From: Cercozoa sp. M6MM
Taxonomy: Eukaryota; Protista; Endomyxa: Ascetosporea
Direction: 5' to 3' (one strand)
DNA length: 64,000 nucleotides
Assembly: GCA_040357565.1 (NCBI GenBank)
Contig: JBDODJ010000041.1
Shown here: in pieces, positions 13,601 to 26,907 of the stretch
How the letters are laid out: every line of letters begins with the position of its first letter
Numbering within the stretch: position 1 is the first letter of the stretch
Notes under the pieces: generated by a model
Seen by the model: only the letters and a program-made list of their open reading frames with translations
Databases searched by the model: none
Told to the model about the DNA's origin: nothing
Position numbers and translations under genes: made by a program

Positions 13601-13660
13601 ACGAACCTGATGTCCGGTCGGTATAAAACTGTCCGGTGCTAGCGCGAGCTCATGCGACAT
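10625..13660 (-). CDS. Large hypothetical protein with charged/low-complexity regions and a possible degenerate EF-hand near the C-terminus
   Basis: Long ORFs 10940-12529 and 12574-13305 joined by a GT-AG intron. 5' exons MSHELALAP..|KLSELV..RKHM|DTKYTH. Segment IFNQMDFETKGVVD is EF-hand-like. The 3' end is approximate. Confidence 0.6.
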
Positions 13661-13805
13661 AGCGCACTTCAGAGATTTTTTAATTCCTTCCTCTAAACTC
13701 AGGCCGAGCACACTTTATTCTTGCCGAAGTTTCGGTCGGTTGCTGCGAAACGCTTTCGATGAACACCGGAGCCACCATGACGCATGATATACGTAAGTAA
13801 CTGGA

Positions 13806-16800
13806 TCATTTGGGTGGCGGCAGTTTAACTATCAGCTGCACGGCACGTCGCACGGCGTCGTCGTCGATGCTGAGCAGTGTGTCGTCAAGTCGAATTGTTA
13901 CGGGCTCTAGAGTCACACCCGGCACAGGCCACAGCGGGTAAATCGAGAGGGTCTCGCCGTCGGAGCGTTGCAGCGTCAAAAGGGGTGGCAAATGTGCAGC
14001 ATGCATCACTCGTTGCAGCAATTGACTCCGAGGCACATAGGCCACCTTGGGATCGCTGCACAGAATCGAATATAGGAAGGTGTAAATTTAGGGTTCAGGT
14101 ATCAGAACCAACAGTAATCAGAGAAGCGTATGAAACCCCAAGATGCGTTGCGTGTTTTCACCACTGACGACACGATCAGTGGCATCAGTACTTAGCCCAA
14201 TGAGGCGTACCGGCCCAAGATCGGACCTGTCCATTGAGATGTGCATCTCGTTTCCCGTAACTGAGACGGTCTGACCCAGTAGCTGCAAGATAGAGGTCAG
14301 CGCAGGAACGAGTCGTGACACTGAGCGATACTGCAAACCCTCCACCCAGCGACTGCTGAAGTGCTTGGCCTAAATTTACACACAAGAGTGAGAACTAGCA
14401 AAAAGACATCTAGAATTGTGATACTGTATCTCTAATCGCTTTGTGCATACCAGAAAGCCACCACAGAACACGGTGGTATTGATGCCGCTGCGCTGGATTG
14501 CCAGACGATCTACAAAAGCATGCTCGGGAATAGGGACAAAAGCAGAGTTCTCCGCAAAAATGGTAGTGTATGTTTACAATCGTAGGTGCACTGGGCAGGT
14601 GCGCGATGGTATGCCGCGAGCTGTAGGTGCTTCTGCGAGCGCTCGAGATGCCTATCGCTTGTGCCACTACCTTGTCCTTCTGTTTATGAAGAATATTCCA
14701 CAAGTGCACGTGTTTCAGTTTTCATAGATAGATTTCAGGACAGTATTAAAATAGTAATACCACGTCCCGAGTCGTAGACGACTACAGCATTATTGAGGCG
14801 CGCTGCACTGAGTCCCCACCGACGCAACAGGACCGGTAGTATCTTGGGCTCCTCGGCGAAGCGGTCAAGAAAGAAGTACTCACGTTCATGCTTGCGCAGT
14901 AACTCGTCGTTGTACAGTACTGCATGGCTCTGTGTGTATGTGTATATATTCACAGCAAACACAGATGTCAAAGGAGTAAAAAGACCTCAGCGAAGCTGCT
15001 AACATCGGAGACGTGAGGAATATTGTGGCTGTCAGCGTCGGCGATCAAGTGTCGTGTCATCGGAATGTTCAGTCTAATGTGCAAAGAGTGCATACACCCT
15101 GTGTGTTTAAAGCGTGTTTTACGGGCGTCCGTGCAAACGCGCACCAGCGAGCGAGTCCAAGTCGGGCGTGTTCTCCACAATTAACGGTGTCCACACGAAC
15201 ACTAAATTTACACCAACTATCTAATTAAGAAGAGACACACATTTTATACATTTAAATTGTATAAGAAAGCTAGACTACCTTCTGGTGTGTGTTTCGCAAA
15301 GTCCACTGTCGAAGTGTAGGGTGTCCGTGGTCTCAGGTGTTAGAAGAGTCGTAAGATACAGCTTACCAAGACGTGAAACAACGGTTGCAATGTCGGCGTA
15401 TCTGGAGTGTCGGGTGTCCAAAGGTACTTGATCGCACTGCTTGCATACAACTTTAGAGAAACCATTATTTTGTCAATATCAATGCACATCGGTTTACGTG
15501 AGTGGCGTAGATGAACTTGACGCGGTTGTTGGAAAGACTACGAGCAGCGCGAGTTCCGATGAGCCGTGCAGTATGCTCACCTCGTACCTCGCCCTTCAAT
15601 AAGTGTACATATTTTTTTAGGTAGTTGTAAACAATGGGGGTACCGTCATGTCTACAAGTGCGACGTAATGCTTTGTCTGCTGGACCCACTCGTGCAGTTG
15701 CAAGAAGTTCGACAGGTGCGTCTCCAATACAAAAATCGTCGCAAACTTCTCCGAAACAAACTGCTTCAGCACCGACGCTATCAGTTAATCGAAACATTTT
15801 AAGTACACAATTTAGAGAAAACTGGAAGTCAGTTTTAACTTAAGATAATGCGAAAAGATGGAAAATTAAGGCTACAGACAGTTATTTATCTGCGTACAAT
15901 GTGTAAGATACAGAAGAGGGGTTACCAGGATCGCCTTCTACTTCATGAGGCATGCAGCCCTGGTACGAACATAAATTGAAGAGACGAGCGGCAAGTAAAT
16001 TACGTCGACAAAGAGGAGGCCAAGAAGTACAGAGAGGCAGATACTGTACCAAGAGACCCTCGCGATGGGTGACAACAATTGCTATGTCGACGTTTGGAAT
16101 GTCTAAATTTAAAGCCACAATGAAACCACGGTTTTATTTTTGCACTTATGCGACGTACTGTCAGGGTCGTGAAACGCGTCGCTAAGCGTAATACGTTTAA
16201 TGTCCGTAAGTGTCAACTTCACTGTCAAACAAAACCGGAGAGTTTCATGACAGTCAAGCAAAAGTTGTTTTGAATTCTAAAAAACGTACACGGCGGTGCA
16301 GTGCGAGTGATGCTTTCGAAAGCGAATGCGTTCATCAACAGTGACTTTGTTGGCTCAGGAAGAGATGATACCGCCTGAGAAGTCATACGGCAGTGCTTCA
16401 TGGCACAATTAAACTTAAATGCAAGCAGGGCGTAAATAACTTACAGAAGCAAGGACGTTTTGCTTCGTTTCCGTTGTTGGCTTGCACGTCGGGCTTATCT
16501 AAAGAAACTTACAGAAACATAAAGAAATACACAAGCACGCTATGACGGTGTATGCTACGGAGCAAAGACCGAAGTATATCATGCCGAGTTGCAACGCCAC
16601 GAGCAGCGCCGCAAGGATGCTGCGAAGCACGAGAGTTTTGTAAGAGACCGACTGTTGCGGTAGTTGTTGCTGCTGTTGGTGTTCACGTCGCCCATCATTA
16701 AGTGCAACGGCGTGCAGCTGTATCCTGGTGGAACAAAACACTCCAAGACCCAGGCAACAACCTTTAAAATGGAATGGAAGGTACGGGACTGCTTGCCCGT

Positions 16801-17100
16801 AGTGCACGATATTCCCGGAACCTCGATATTGGTATCCTTGCATCGCTCGCATGAATTTTAGCCGTGCGAGGCACCCTTTCCATAATTTAGCTCGAATGAG
16901 AATGCAAACGAAAGTTGCGCAAACTCCGACACTTCCGCCGTTCCCTGGGCATCCCAATCAAGCCCAAATTGAGGATTGCTGGAAGCATTTATGGGCGAGA
17001 TGCCACTCGATTTTTGCCCCTGTCTACAGTGTTCAACAACTCTTCCTCCACTGCCAAAAACGGGAAAGTACACATTTCAATTCCTTTGGTACCTGCTCCT
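13806..17100 (-). CDS. Multi-exon hypothetical protein with N-terminal transmembrane segment(s); boundaries uncertain, may be two genes
   Basis: Successive minus-strand exon-like ORFs bounded by GT/AG; hydrophobic LRSILAALLVALQLGMIYFGLCSVAYTVIACL. Confidence 0.4.
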
Positions 17101-17233
17101 GCGTTGAACTGTAGTGTCACCAAAGCTGTGCCCAAACATTGCAGCCTGCCTTGCCTTTCAGCGCGTTAAAGGAAATGTGTTCCACAACTCAATTTCGTCG
17201 CTGAGGCGTTTGCCCTGTCTGAGAAGGTATCAA

Positions 17234-18048
17234 TTAAAATATCTCTGCCAGCGGGATCCCCAGCCCAAACCGTCCAGACAATAAATTTCGAACAGTTTGC
17301 GGGTTTAATCTTAATGGGCACGACTTTGCATGCGAAAGCATGCAACTTAACGATCTACCGGAAGTTCTCTTTCCCAGTGACCAATCAATCCACACTTCCA
17401 GCAGGGTAGCAAGTGAGTTCTGTCGAACTACCCCGGGCATGTCGGCACTCCTTCAACCTTCTGTTGCTTCAGTTTCTCTGCTTGTTCCTGGAACCGTTGT
17501 TGAGCCACTTGCGTAGACTTCTCCTTCGGGGCATTCAGCTGCTCGGTGCGTCATCAGTTTATCACACAGGTATTTATATTCGACGACTTCGTGCAATTTG
17601 CCAATGCATTTTCAAATAGTCAGTTTGCTCAGTGGCATATCGCGGCGTCTTGATTGCTTTGTGACTTGTTTTTGGGTTTTTGGTTGTGGTTTTTGAAGTT
17701 GCTACTTCCCTGATTGACTCGTGCTCGTGCGTGTAGACTGTCAACTTTACGGTGTACATTGTGACACAGAACTCGCATGTTCGCAAGTTGTTGGTGCTGG
17801 ATGACGACCTCCGCGTTGTCACTTCACTTCGACATGCGCTTGCTGGCTCATCGTGCACCTGTCGTGTCGTGTAGACTACTCTGTGAGTGTAAACGACAGC
17901 AAGCACTCAAGTTATGGCGAGCTTGCGAGGTTGGCAGCGTTAGCATCACGCACAGGCCATCCTCATGGAGTCGGTCAAGTTCAACGACTTCTGACACGAC
18001 CCGACAACGAATGCCGCACACACGCACGACAGCACACCTCTCGAACAC
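17234..18048 (-). CDS. Hypothetical protein, fragmentary model
   Basis: Several short minus-strand coding-like segments, e.g. EQLNAPKEKSTQVAQQRFQEQAEKLKQQ. No family recognised. Confidence 0.25.
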
Positions 18049-18206
18049 TTTGAACTAACTTTAGAAGAGCCGTCAGTGCAAAGGCTTTACTGTTACTTTA
18101 GTTTTGAATCTATAATTGGTGCACAAGGATGTGCTGCCTGGGATCAGTATCCGTAGACGGGTGGCCAAAACCTCAATGAATATGCTAACGGTACGTTTCG
18201 TCGCTG

Positions 18207-20975
18207 TTAGCTCACGTTTCGCAGCTGTTCGTCGTAGCACGCGCAGTGTTTCTTGCTGACGCCGATGTCGCCGCAGTTGCGTGCAGAGACTCGAGCACCC
18301 TACAAAGCCAAAATAAAACGTTGCCGGGAGCCTGGGTTATGTTCGATTTTGTGTGTTTTCAATCTGCACCAAAAGCGATGTGGCGCCGTGTCTTCGTATC
18401 CTCGCGTCTAGCAATGCCTCGTCAAACGTGCCCTGTGAATTGGAATAACTTGAAATATGATACTTAGATATGTCTAGAGTACCTGGAGGCGTTCGTAGTT
18501 GCGAGCTTCGACGGCAGGATCGGCGCTGATGTGCGCCAGGTGCGACAGTGTGGCGTACACATCCTGTTTTGCGCAAATGTGTCAGGACAAAAAGAACACA
18601 CCGACACAAACACACACACAAGTGTACCCAAGCAGTCACAAGTTTATCCTCATTGTGAACAAGGTTCTTGTGTCGCTCGTCACTCAGTAGTCTACAAACA
18701 ACACTACGGTAATGTACATGTGCAAAGACACAAAGGGTACCCCTTTGGCAGCAGCATGTGTAACAGGGCATAGCGATTCTCGGCAATGACATCAGTCGTC
18801 TCCATGGCATACCTACACAGAGAGGTCAGTCAAGTCGAACTTGACAAACAGAAGGCAACAGTAAAGAAGAAATACCACAGGCCCATGTGCAAACCGTGAT
18901 CGCTGACGAGTACAACGGCCGTGTTGGACAAATCTCCGCGCTGCTGTAGCCACTCGAGCACACCCTCGACGGCACTGTCATCCACCTGCGAGATCACTTC
19001 GCCGGTGCCCTCATGAGCTTCGATGAGTCCGAGCCACGCGAACTTTGGCTCGTCATCGTAGGTTCGCCAGAACTCGCGGAACATTGAAAAAGCCAAATCG
19101 TGAGTCTTCTCGCCTACAAAACCACTCGCACAACCAGTCAAACTTAATGCAAATAAAGCTAAAAGTACTGTACCGTGCATGCACCTGGCACGAACAGAGA
19201 ACGGTCCTTTCCAGTTGCCCTGAGCACAACAGACCAAATTCTCTTTTGTGTGCAACTGGAATGACTAAAAAAAGAGTACAAATGGATTCTCGAGCGAGTG
19301 GTAGTGCTCGTTGCAGAACGGCGAGGCCACCTCGTGATCGTAGCGATAGTTGGATTTCATGTAGGTCGAGGCAGTCGACTCGCAGAAATCTGTGCACAGT
19401 TCTGAAGATGCGAAAGAAGGCAAAAGGCAGGTCTCAAGAGGACAATGCACACCTTGGAAGAAGCCAGTGACGTAGCCATTCTGCTTGAAGCGATCGCTCA
19501 ACGGCTGCGGATCTTTCGGCGGCGCCTGGCCGCGGTCCTCATCACCAAAAAGCATCGGTACGACATTGAGACTCGTCCAGCGTCCCAACGAGTGATACTT
19601 CTGTCCAGATGGACACCTAGGAAAAGAACTGACGAGACGTAAATTACTTACAAGGAACTGAAAGGCTTCCGAGTCACTGTCGGCATCACCGAATCTTGAT
19701 CTGTCCTACTCGAACAGTGTGTTTCATTTCGTTGCACTCATAGACACAAGTATACAAGTACAAGGGACCTCGAAGAACTTGAAGGAACGCGGCATCTTGC
19801 GAATGAAGTGTCCTACTCACTCAGGTAATAAGAGAGGTAACGGAGGGGAACAGGGGGAGGGCAAAAGGTACGTCGCGAGATGGCGTCGACGTAGAGCACA
19901 AGCACATTCAGTTTTTGCTCAGTAGATTCACGCCTCGGTCTGCAGCAGTGAGTGCAGGGCTGTCTGTCAGTACATGTGCTTATGAGTGCTGCTTTACCTC
20001 GAGTGGTAATGATGCTCCAGGTCGTCACCTTCTGTGTCCATCTTGTGAAACACCTCCTGGTCCGACATCTCGTTGTTCTAAACGTAAGAGCAACAAGCAC
20101 TGAACATTCACTAAAGCCAGTTTTTCCGAATACCACTACAAGCCTGGGAAAGCGAGTCAGCACGCCACTCTGTCGCTGACTCGGACACCTGCATCATGTC
20201 ATATGATCATACACGTCGCTACTAGGAAGGACACGTACTCTAGTTGCACGTGCTGCGTGATTGCACTCGCGATAGGAACGCACATGTCAACTGCCTTGTT
20301 CGTGTCCTTGTCGGTGTTCTTGCCGAGCACGACACGGAAGCGCCGCGTATTCGCGATGATCTTTCTCATGAAGGTCATTCTTCACAAAGCAGGTTGTTCA
20401 AACTTAACTAACCCAGCACACGGAAAGAAAGAGGCTACGATTTGTCCAGTCGTTTGATCTTGGAAGGCCACCGTTCGACACGCGGCTCCAAACGCAGTTC
20501 CAAGTCGGCGCACGCGAGCGCACTTTCGCTCAGTCGCACAAAGCGTCGCTCTTCGTCGTGCCACTCTCTGTTAGACAGAGTGCACTCAGTTTAGAATGTA
20601 CGCAAACAAATACGCAAAAAAAAAACAAGGTACCCCAGTTTCTCTTGTCGACGGCATGCCTGACTGCCCGTCCTGAGAGTATGACCAACATTGTCAGAGG
20701 TGACCAATGCTGACACTGTTGGCAGGTACCACACGTTGAGCCACCCGTCAAATGAGTCGATTGGGTGAGTCGACGGCACCTTCACATGACACTGCTCGTC
20801 ACTCTGCAGCCGCGTGTCTGCATATCCCTGAAAGGAAACACAAGGAACACAAGGAGTAATAGACAGCTAACCTGGACAACAACAAGAGCACACACCTTGC
20901 TCCAGTCTCTGGCGCCATCGTTGACACGGAAGGTGATGAGGTGCAGCACACCGGCGAGGCAGACTACAGGTATAT

Positions 20976-21012
<37 letters not shown>

Positions 21013-21764
21013 CATAATATGGGTATGTAAGTTGGACGAGCCCTACCTGTCATGGCAAAGCGAAACAGCGTCGGAGACAGTAAGGCTCGGATCCACTGGA
21101 AGACTGTCAAACACGCTCAAAGTGAGGACATTCAGGGAGAGAAGTAGTTACCCAATGTTCCCATAACAACTGGCACAAACAACAGCAGAAAAGCGAGTGA
21201 ATTGTAGCTGCCATGGTGGTCCAGTTGCGAGCCTTGGTCTGACCATCCAAACCTAAATTTAAAGCAAAGTTACTCGTTTAGAAGACGTACCAAAAGACAG
21301 TAGCACTGTCAAATTGAGCAACAAGACGGCAAACACAAAAATGTCGCGACTCTCTCGGCTCTGAGGCGACTCAGTTCGACGACTCAGCGTTGATCCCGCC
21401 CGAACTGACGGCATCAACTCATCCTCTGGATCGTCGTGGTCACTCAAAGGAACCGCTTGATAACTGCCATTGCCGTGATCGCTGCCACTCTGAGCCGCAC
21501 TGTCTGTGCCGGCGGAAAGGCCGCTCAGGCGCAGCGAAACGCGAAGCACCAAGCACGAAAAAACCAACGCTGACAACAGCGTCTGTACCGCGATCGGCAC
21601 CAAATGGTCATGCAACCAGCCTAGGTCTCCACCTTTCAGCGACCGAAGGTACAGAACGTTGGCCAGAAGCTGCCCACTCCAAACCAACGAGGTAAACGTC
21701 GCATTTCACAATCATTGGCTTGTGGTACCCAGAAAGCCACAAAAAACGCGCGACGCCAGTCCAT
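18207..21764 (-). CDS. DUF229-like alkaline phosphatase/sulfatase-superfamily protein with an N-terminal membrane region
   Basis: NVLVLYVDAISRRTF, DRFKQNGYVT, YDDEPKFAWLGLIEAHEG, NTAVVLVSDHGLHMG, ENRYALLHMLLP, NEDKLVTAWDVYATL and C-terminal RNCGDIGVSKKHCAC follow the DUF229 motif order. Confidence 0.8.
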
Positions 21765-21934
21765 TGTACTACTCACAACATTCGCACACGTGAGCTATTC
21801 ATGGATCGGTTGGAAATTCGACTGTTCAGCAGTGAGATACTGGAGCGCCGGGCCCAGTAGAAATTTCTTTTATATTTTGATCATTGCACAGAACGACTCT
21901 GCATTGACAGTTTTGTGCCTGCTGATGCACTATT

Positions 21935-24900
21935 ATGGGCGCTAAGCAGTCCAAGCGGCGTGAACCGCCTGAGGAGGTGAGTCTGTATTTTGGGGCCAGA
22001 TGTGGCTTGGGCGATTTGATTATTGGGACACAGGATGACGATCCGCAGCGGCCGGCCAAGGACCTCGAATCCTTCCTTTTGGACGACTCTAGGGTACTGC
22101 ATCAGTTAGAGGGTAACCTTGAGGGAGCATGACACTTCATACACAAGCAGACCGTGGCAGCACGTGAAGCCATGGCAGGTGCGCTGATCGGACTCGCCGT
22201 GGGTGACATGTGCGGCCTGCCTGCTGAGGGTTGGCTTGCTATTGCGCCCTCTCTTGAGTTTTTAAACCTTCCGTACACTGGTCTTCGCAGGAATGACATC
22301 AGGAGCAGCCATGCTGTATGCGCGCGCACTGCGCAAGCTCACGAGCGATCTGACGGCCTCATTGTCGTAGGGTTGTCTGTACACCAAAATACCGCAGCTA
22401 TCCTGTGTTTGTGTGTGTGTGTGTGTGTGTGTATGTGTGTGTGTGTAAATTTAGTGGTGACAATGCCCACGGCAACTCGGCTTTGCTGCCTGACGATTTA
22501 CATTTCCATCGAGGCTATCAGCAGGGTAGTTTGTACAGAGGGATACGTTTTTGTATAGACACCCCCTCTGCGTACAGGCAGTGGCGATGTTCCAATTGGA
22601 ATGGCATTCACTTGCGGCCGCACCATGTTGGCCTCGTCTGTGGAATACCCTTTGAGTACACTCGTGTTACAGTTTGTGCTGACGTGTTTGTCCAGTGAGT
22701 ACCGTCCCTATGTACTGCAGCTCCGCAGGAGGAAAGTATCGTCCGTGCGTTCACCTTGGGCTACCCGACGAGATACGGTGAACGCGGCGAGCGCACTGTC
22801 GCCTTTGGTCAGTACTCGGTAGGTCTACTTCCAACCTCTGCTCTGGTATCCTTCTAACCCAACTCTTCAGGGCGACACACAGTGCACACGCGAGCTGCTC
22901 ATCGCACTTATTCTGACCGACCGCCGCGTGCGCAAGCGTCTCGCGCGCAAGCGGCGTCGCCGACAGCGTCATGTGAAGCATGTATGTTTTTTCTCCTCCG
23001 CCTCGCCTTAGCTGATTGATACTAGTGGTGCAATTGTACCTTGTAAACAGGACCGTACAAAGAAGGAACTCTCATTGAACAGCGACGATAGTCTTGATTT
23101 GACCGAGTTGCTTGGACGGGTACGCTTCCTTCTCTCGAGTAATGGCTGTGTGTTGCTAGTGTGTGTGGGTGTGTGACTGTAGCCTCCACCTCAGCAGACT
23201 CGAACCGCCGACTCACCGCAGGCCATGTACGTCTTGTACGCTATGCCTAGACAGCGAAATAAAATGCCCAAACATACGCGCAGTACGCCAGTGCCGGAGG
23301 ACGATGACGAGATCAACCTGTCGACACGAGGTCTGGTCATTGCCAAGGTACTGTTCTGTCAACTGTATAGTTCTGTACAAATGGACCGTATACTTTGGTA
23401 AATGGACTGGTTGTGTGTCCGTTTGCAGGAAGGCTATTATTTCGAACCGGCAAAGTTCTTCGCGCGCCTGCGCTGGCTGCACCGACGCGAGCGCTTCGTG
23501 ATAAAGTGCGATCCCCCTTCCCCCCTCTCCCGTATCATTCTCTTCTGAGCAGAGATGAAGGCGCGCTGCGACTGCTGCGAGTGTTGGCGCGCAAGTCTCG
23601 CAAAGGTATTCAAGCAGTACAATGGGTGGGTGCAGTGGTCACTTGTCACTTGATGCGTGTGAATATACGCAGCGGACAAGCGACTGCGCGTATCGCGTGC
23701 GCTGCTGCTGGACAACTCTCCAGCCGTGCGTGCCATCGCAGTTGCCTTGTTCTGTCACGGCTCTGTGCGCACGGTACCTCCTGTCCCCTACTGCCTTACT
23801 GCCTACCCCTATTGTCTAACCGCTTGTCCTACTGCTTTAATACTTGTGGATAAACAGGTCCGGTCACTGGCGCGACACCAGGCACTCGTAACGCATCGGA
23901 ACGAACTGGCGCGTGCTGGGGCCATTGTGGTGGCGCTCGTAGTTTCCTTGGTACTGTTGTAGCCCTTTTGCTGTTTGGGTCTCCTTTATCCTTCCCCTGT
24001 GTGTGCAGTTGATGGCATCGCAGTGCGGTCTGTCGCAACTCGCGCAGAAACGCGGCTTTGTGCTGCTGTTGTTGCGCTCGCTGGACAACCACTCACGCAC
24101 CGTAGTCTTGTCCTACCCTCTATCGAACCAACTGTTTATACCGATTGATTCGACAGTACTTTGGCTCCTTCCTGGAAGAGGTGCAGCGCTGTCTGGCGCT
24201 GCCGATTCCCGCTGCATTGCGCAAGCTCGCCAATCTCAAAACCACCACCGATGATGACAATAATGTACTCCTTTTTGTGCCCTCTTTGTATACATGAATC
24301 CATGGACATCTGCAGAAGACAGACGTGGAGCCACTTGAGTCGGAGCGGCGCCCGACCGGCGCGATTCGATTGCCGTCTCACATTGTTCCGTACGCCGGCG
24401 TCGTTATCCTCCGTGCTTCTTTTTATTCCTGGCCTGGTGTGCAGGTCGGTGTGCTGGGCACTGTACAGTTTTCTGCGTTTTCCAAACGATTTTCTGGCGG
24501 CCGCGTCGCTTGCGCTGTCGGGTGGAGGCGACACTACCACGTGAGTAGCCACCTCTGTCCCTCTGCTGTCTCTGTGTCAAGGTGTACTAAAACTGGACTG
24601 ATGTAGAGCGTGCGCACTTACGTGTGCATTCAGTGGAGCTCATCTAGGTCTGCGTGCCGTGCCACCAGGTGCTTTCTTTTACTGGGCTATGGGTATGGTT
24701 ATGGGAGTAACAGATGTGAAATTACGTGGCTAGCCTTGGTGCGGCAACTGAACGATGGCGGTGAATGGCGTGCGCCGCAATTGCTCGCGCTACTTCGCTT
24801 GGTAGACACAGACGATGCGCTCCCTAATCTCAATACTGTGTACGATATCCTACAGGTACCGTCGTGGGCATCGGAAAGTTTCTCGGCGAAACTGCGCGAA

Positions 24901-25236
24901 CAGCTCGCGCAGGTGCAATTGGTACCATCGTGCTTTCTGCATTCCCTGCTCTACTCCAGGGTTACTTCAGGGTTACTTTGTACCTCTCTCGCTAGGCACT
25001 GCGTAAGGAGTCGCTTCTTGTCGACGTGGGTGACGAAGCTGGCAGTACGACGCGCTTTGGCGTGATTGGAAGTGACCCGGTCTACGACGAGAACGGCAAC
25101 ACTATCGCACTTCCTGTAGTTTCTGCTGCTCTCCCCTGTTGCTCGTTGTCAATATACTCTCTCTTTCCCTTGATTGGCGCAGAGAGACGTGTCGACAGTG
25201 CCGCGTATTCTAATCAGCAGTACACGCGAACGGTGA
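21935..25236 (+). CDS. ADP-ribosylglycohydrolase (ARH/DraG)-fold protein, probably catalytically degenerate, with an N-myristoylation-like start
   Basis: MGAKQS; GALIGLAVGDMCGLPAEG; FGQYS|GDTQ; FEPAKFFARL; DNSPAVRAIAVAL..ARHQALVTH; WALYSFLRFPNDF..ALSGGGDTTT|ACALTCAFSGAHLGLRAVP. Confidence 0.8.
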
Positions 25237-25689
25237 CACCAACCGAAACACACAATCACAAATGCATCAACAGTCACATCACAGTCACAGTCACAGTCAC
25301 GCATACAGTACCATAGACATCCGAAGCAGAGGCGAAAGTGCCCTCTATTATATAACATGGACAGTCACACTTAGCACCAACACAAGCACGCAACGGTGGG
25401 TTAAACCAAAATGTACCATAGTTTCGGCCCAGGCGTCGCCGTGTCGGTCGCGAGAAGTCCCTTACCTACGATACGATACATGAAGTTATTTAAGGACTAA
25501 AAAGTAGTATATCAGTTGTGTTAAGTGAACTAACTAAACTGGTAATGAATGTGCATCCGCGCCGATCGATCTTATGATACGGGAGAACTGAAGTCGAGTT
25601 TGCCGGATGCCGGATGCGATGCCGGAGCAATGTCAATCCGAAGCCTGAGCGCAGGACCCAAGGAAGGGACAAAGGACACACACGTGGAC

Positions 25690-26817
25690 TTAGGCCTCAG
25701 TGGTAGGCTCCGGAGCCACGGCAGTGTCGGCCGGAGCGTCGTCCGAGCGAGTGGGCTCACTGCGCAGCAAGCAGGGTGTGGTGTGGTCTGTCATACAGAC
25801 CGCAGAGGGAACAGGAGACTTACGACGGCGGCGGCGAGCGGTCGCGCGGCGGCGACTGGCGGGGCGGCGTGGCGCTGCGCGAGCGGCGGTGCGAGCGCGA
25901 ACGGTCACGCGAGCGGTCACGGCCACGCGAGCGGTCGCGCGAACGGTCACGGCCGCCTCCGTAGCCGCCACCATAGCTGCTGCCCTGCGGACAGTTGCGC
26001 TTCTCGTGGCCCGACTCGCCACACTGGTAGCACTTGCCGCGCACTGTGTTGTATTATAAAGAAGATATAGAAGGGCTATCCGGGCGGACAGGGAAGAAAA
26101 CGTACTGTCGCCAGCCTCGCAGCGAGCAGCAATGTGACCCGGCTTGCCGCAGTTGTAGCACACGTCCTGCACACACACACACACACACCATATCTCGTGT
26201 ATACACACAGACAGAGTGAGCAAGCGGTACGCGGTCAGAGTGGCGGATGCGAGAGCCCGAACGCGAGCGCGAGCTACCACAAGAAACACCCACGTCGATA
26301 TGTGAGAAACAATCAAGGTGAGAAAAGCCTACTAGCGGCGTCCGCGCGGACGAGCGTACTCGACGGCAATGCGGCGGTCGTCGAGGTAGGTGCCGTCAAG
26401 CTCGCGCACGGCGTGACGCGCGTCGCTGCGGTGCTTGAACTCGACGTGCGCAAAGCCGCGGCTCATCTAAACAAAAACACACACACAGCACAAATGCACT
26501 CTATTTCAAATACACGTTTTGACGAGTGAGTACCATGCAGTCGACAACGCGACCGGCTTCCTTCTCAAGGTAGCGCACCCTGCGGGCCAGCAAACAAACG
26601 CATGCATCAACGAGGTTTTCCAGAAGTCAAGAAGGGCAGCATGGCACGATCACTCGCGCCAGCAACATCTCGCCCCGGCCAAGATCATTTGGATTTCCCA
26701 CACGAGCCCGCAAAACGTTCCCCACACGCTCGAAAGAAGCCACAGGCACACTTACAGATCGCGCTCCCGAGTATCGTAGCTCAAATTGCCGATGAAACAG
26801 CGGTACTCCTCAGGCAT
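25690..26817 (-). CDS. SR splicing factor: RRM + two CCHC zinc knuckles + RS domain (RS2Z-like architecture)
   Basis: MPEEYRCFIGNLSYDTRERDL (RNP2), RGFAHVEF (RNP1), [36 protein letters not shown], then RDRSRDRSR repeats; 6 GT-AG introns. Confidence 0.9.
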
Positions 26818-26907
26818 CTTGGTGATTCGTGCAAAAACCTCTTCACTACGGGTCGACTTTGAGCACTATGACACGTGCAAAAACCACTCCGCGGCCCTGG
26901 TACGCTG

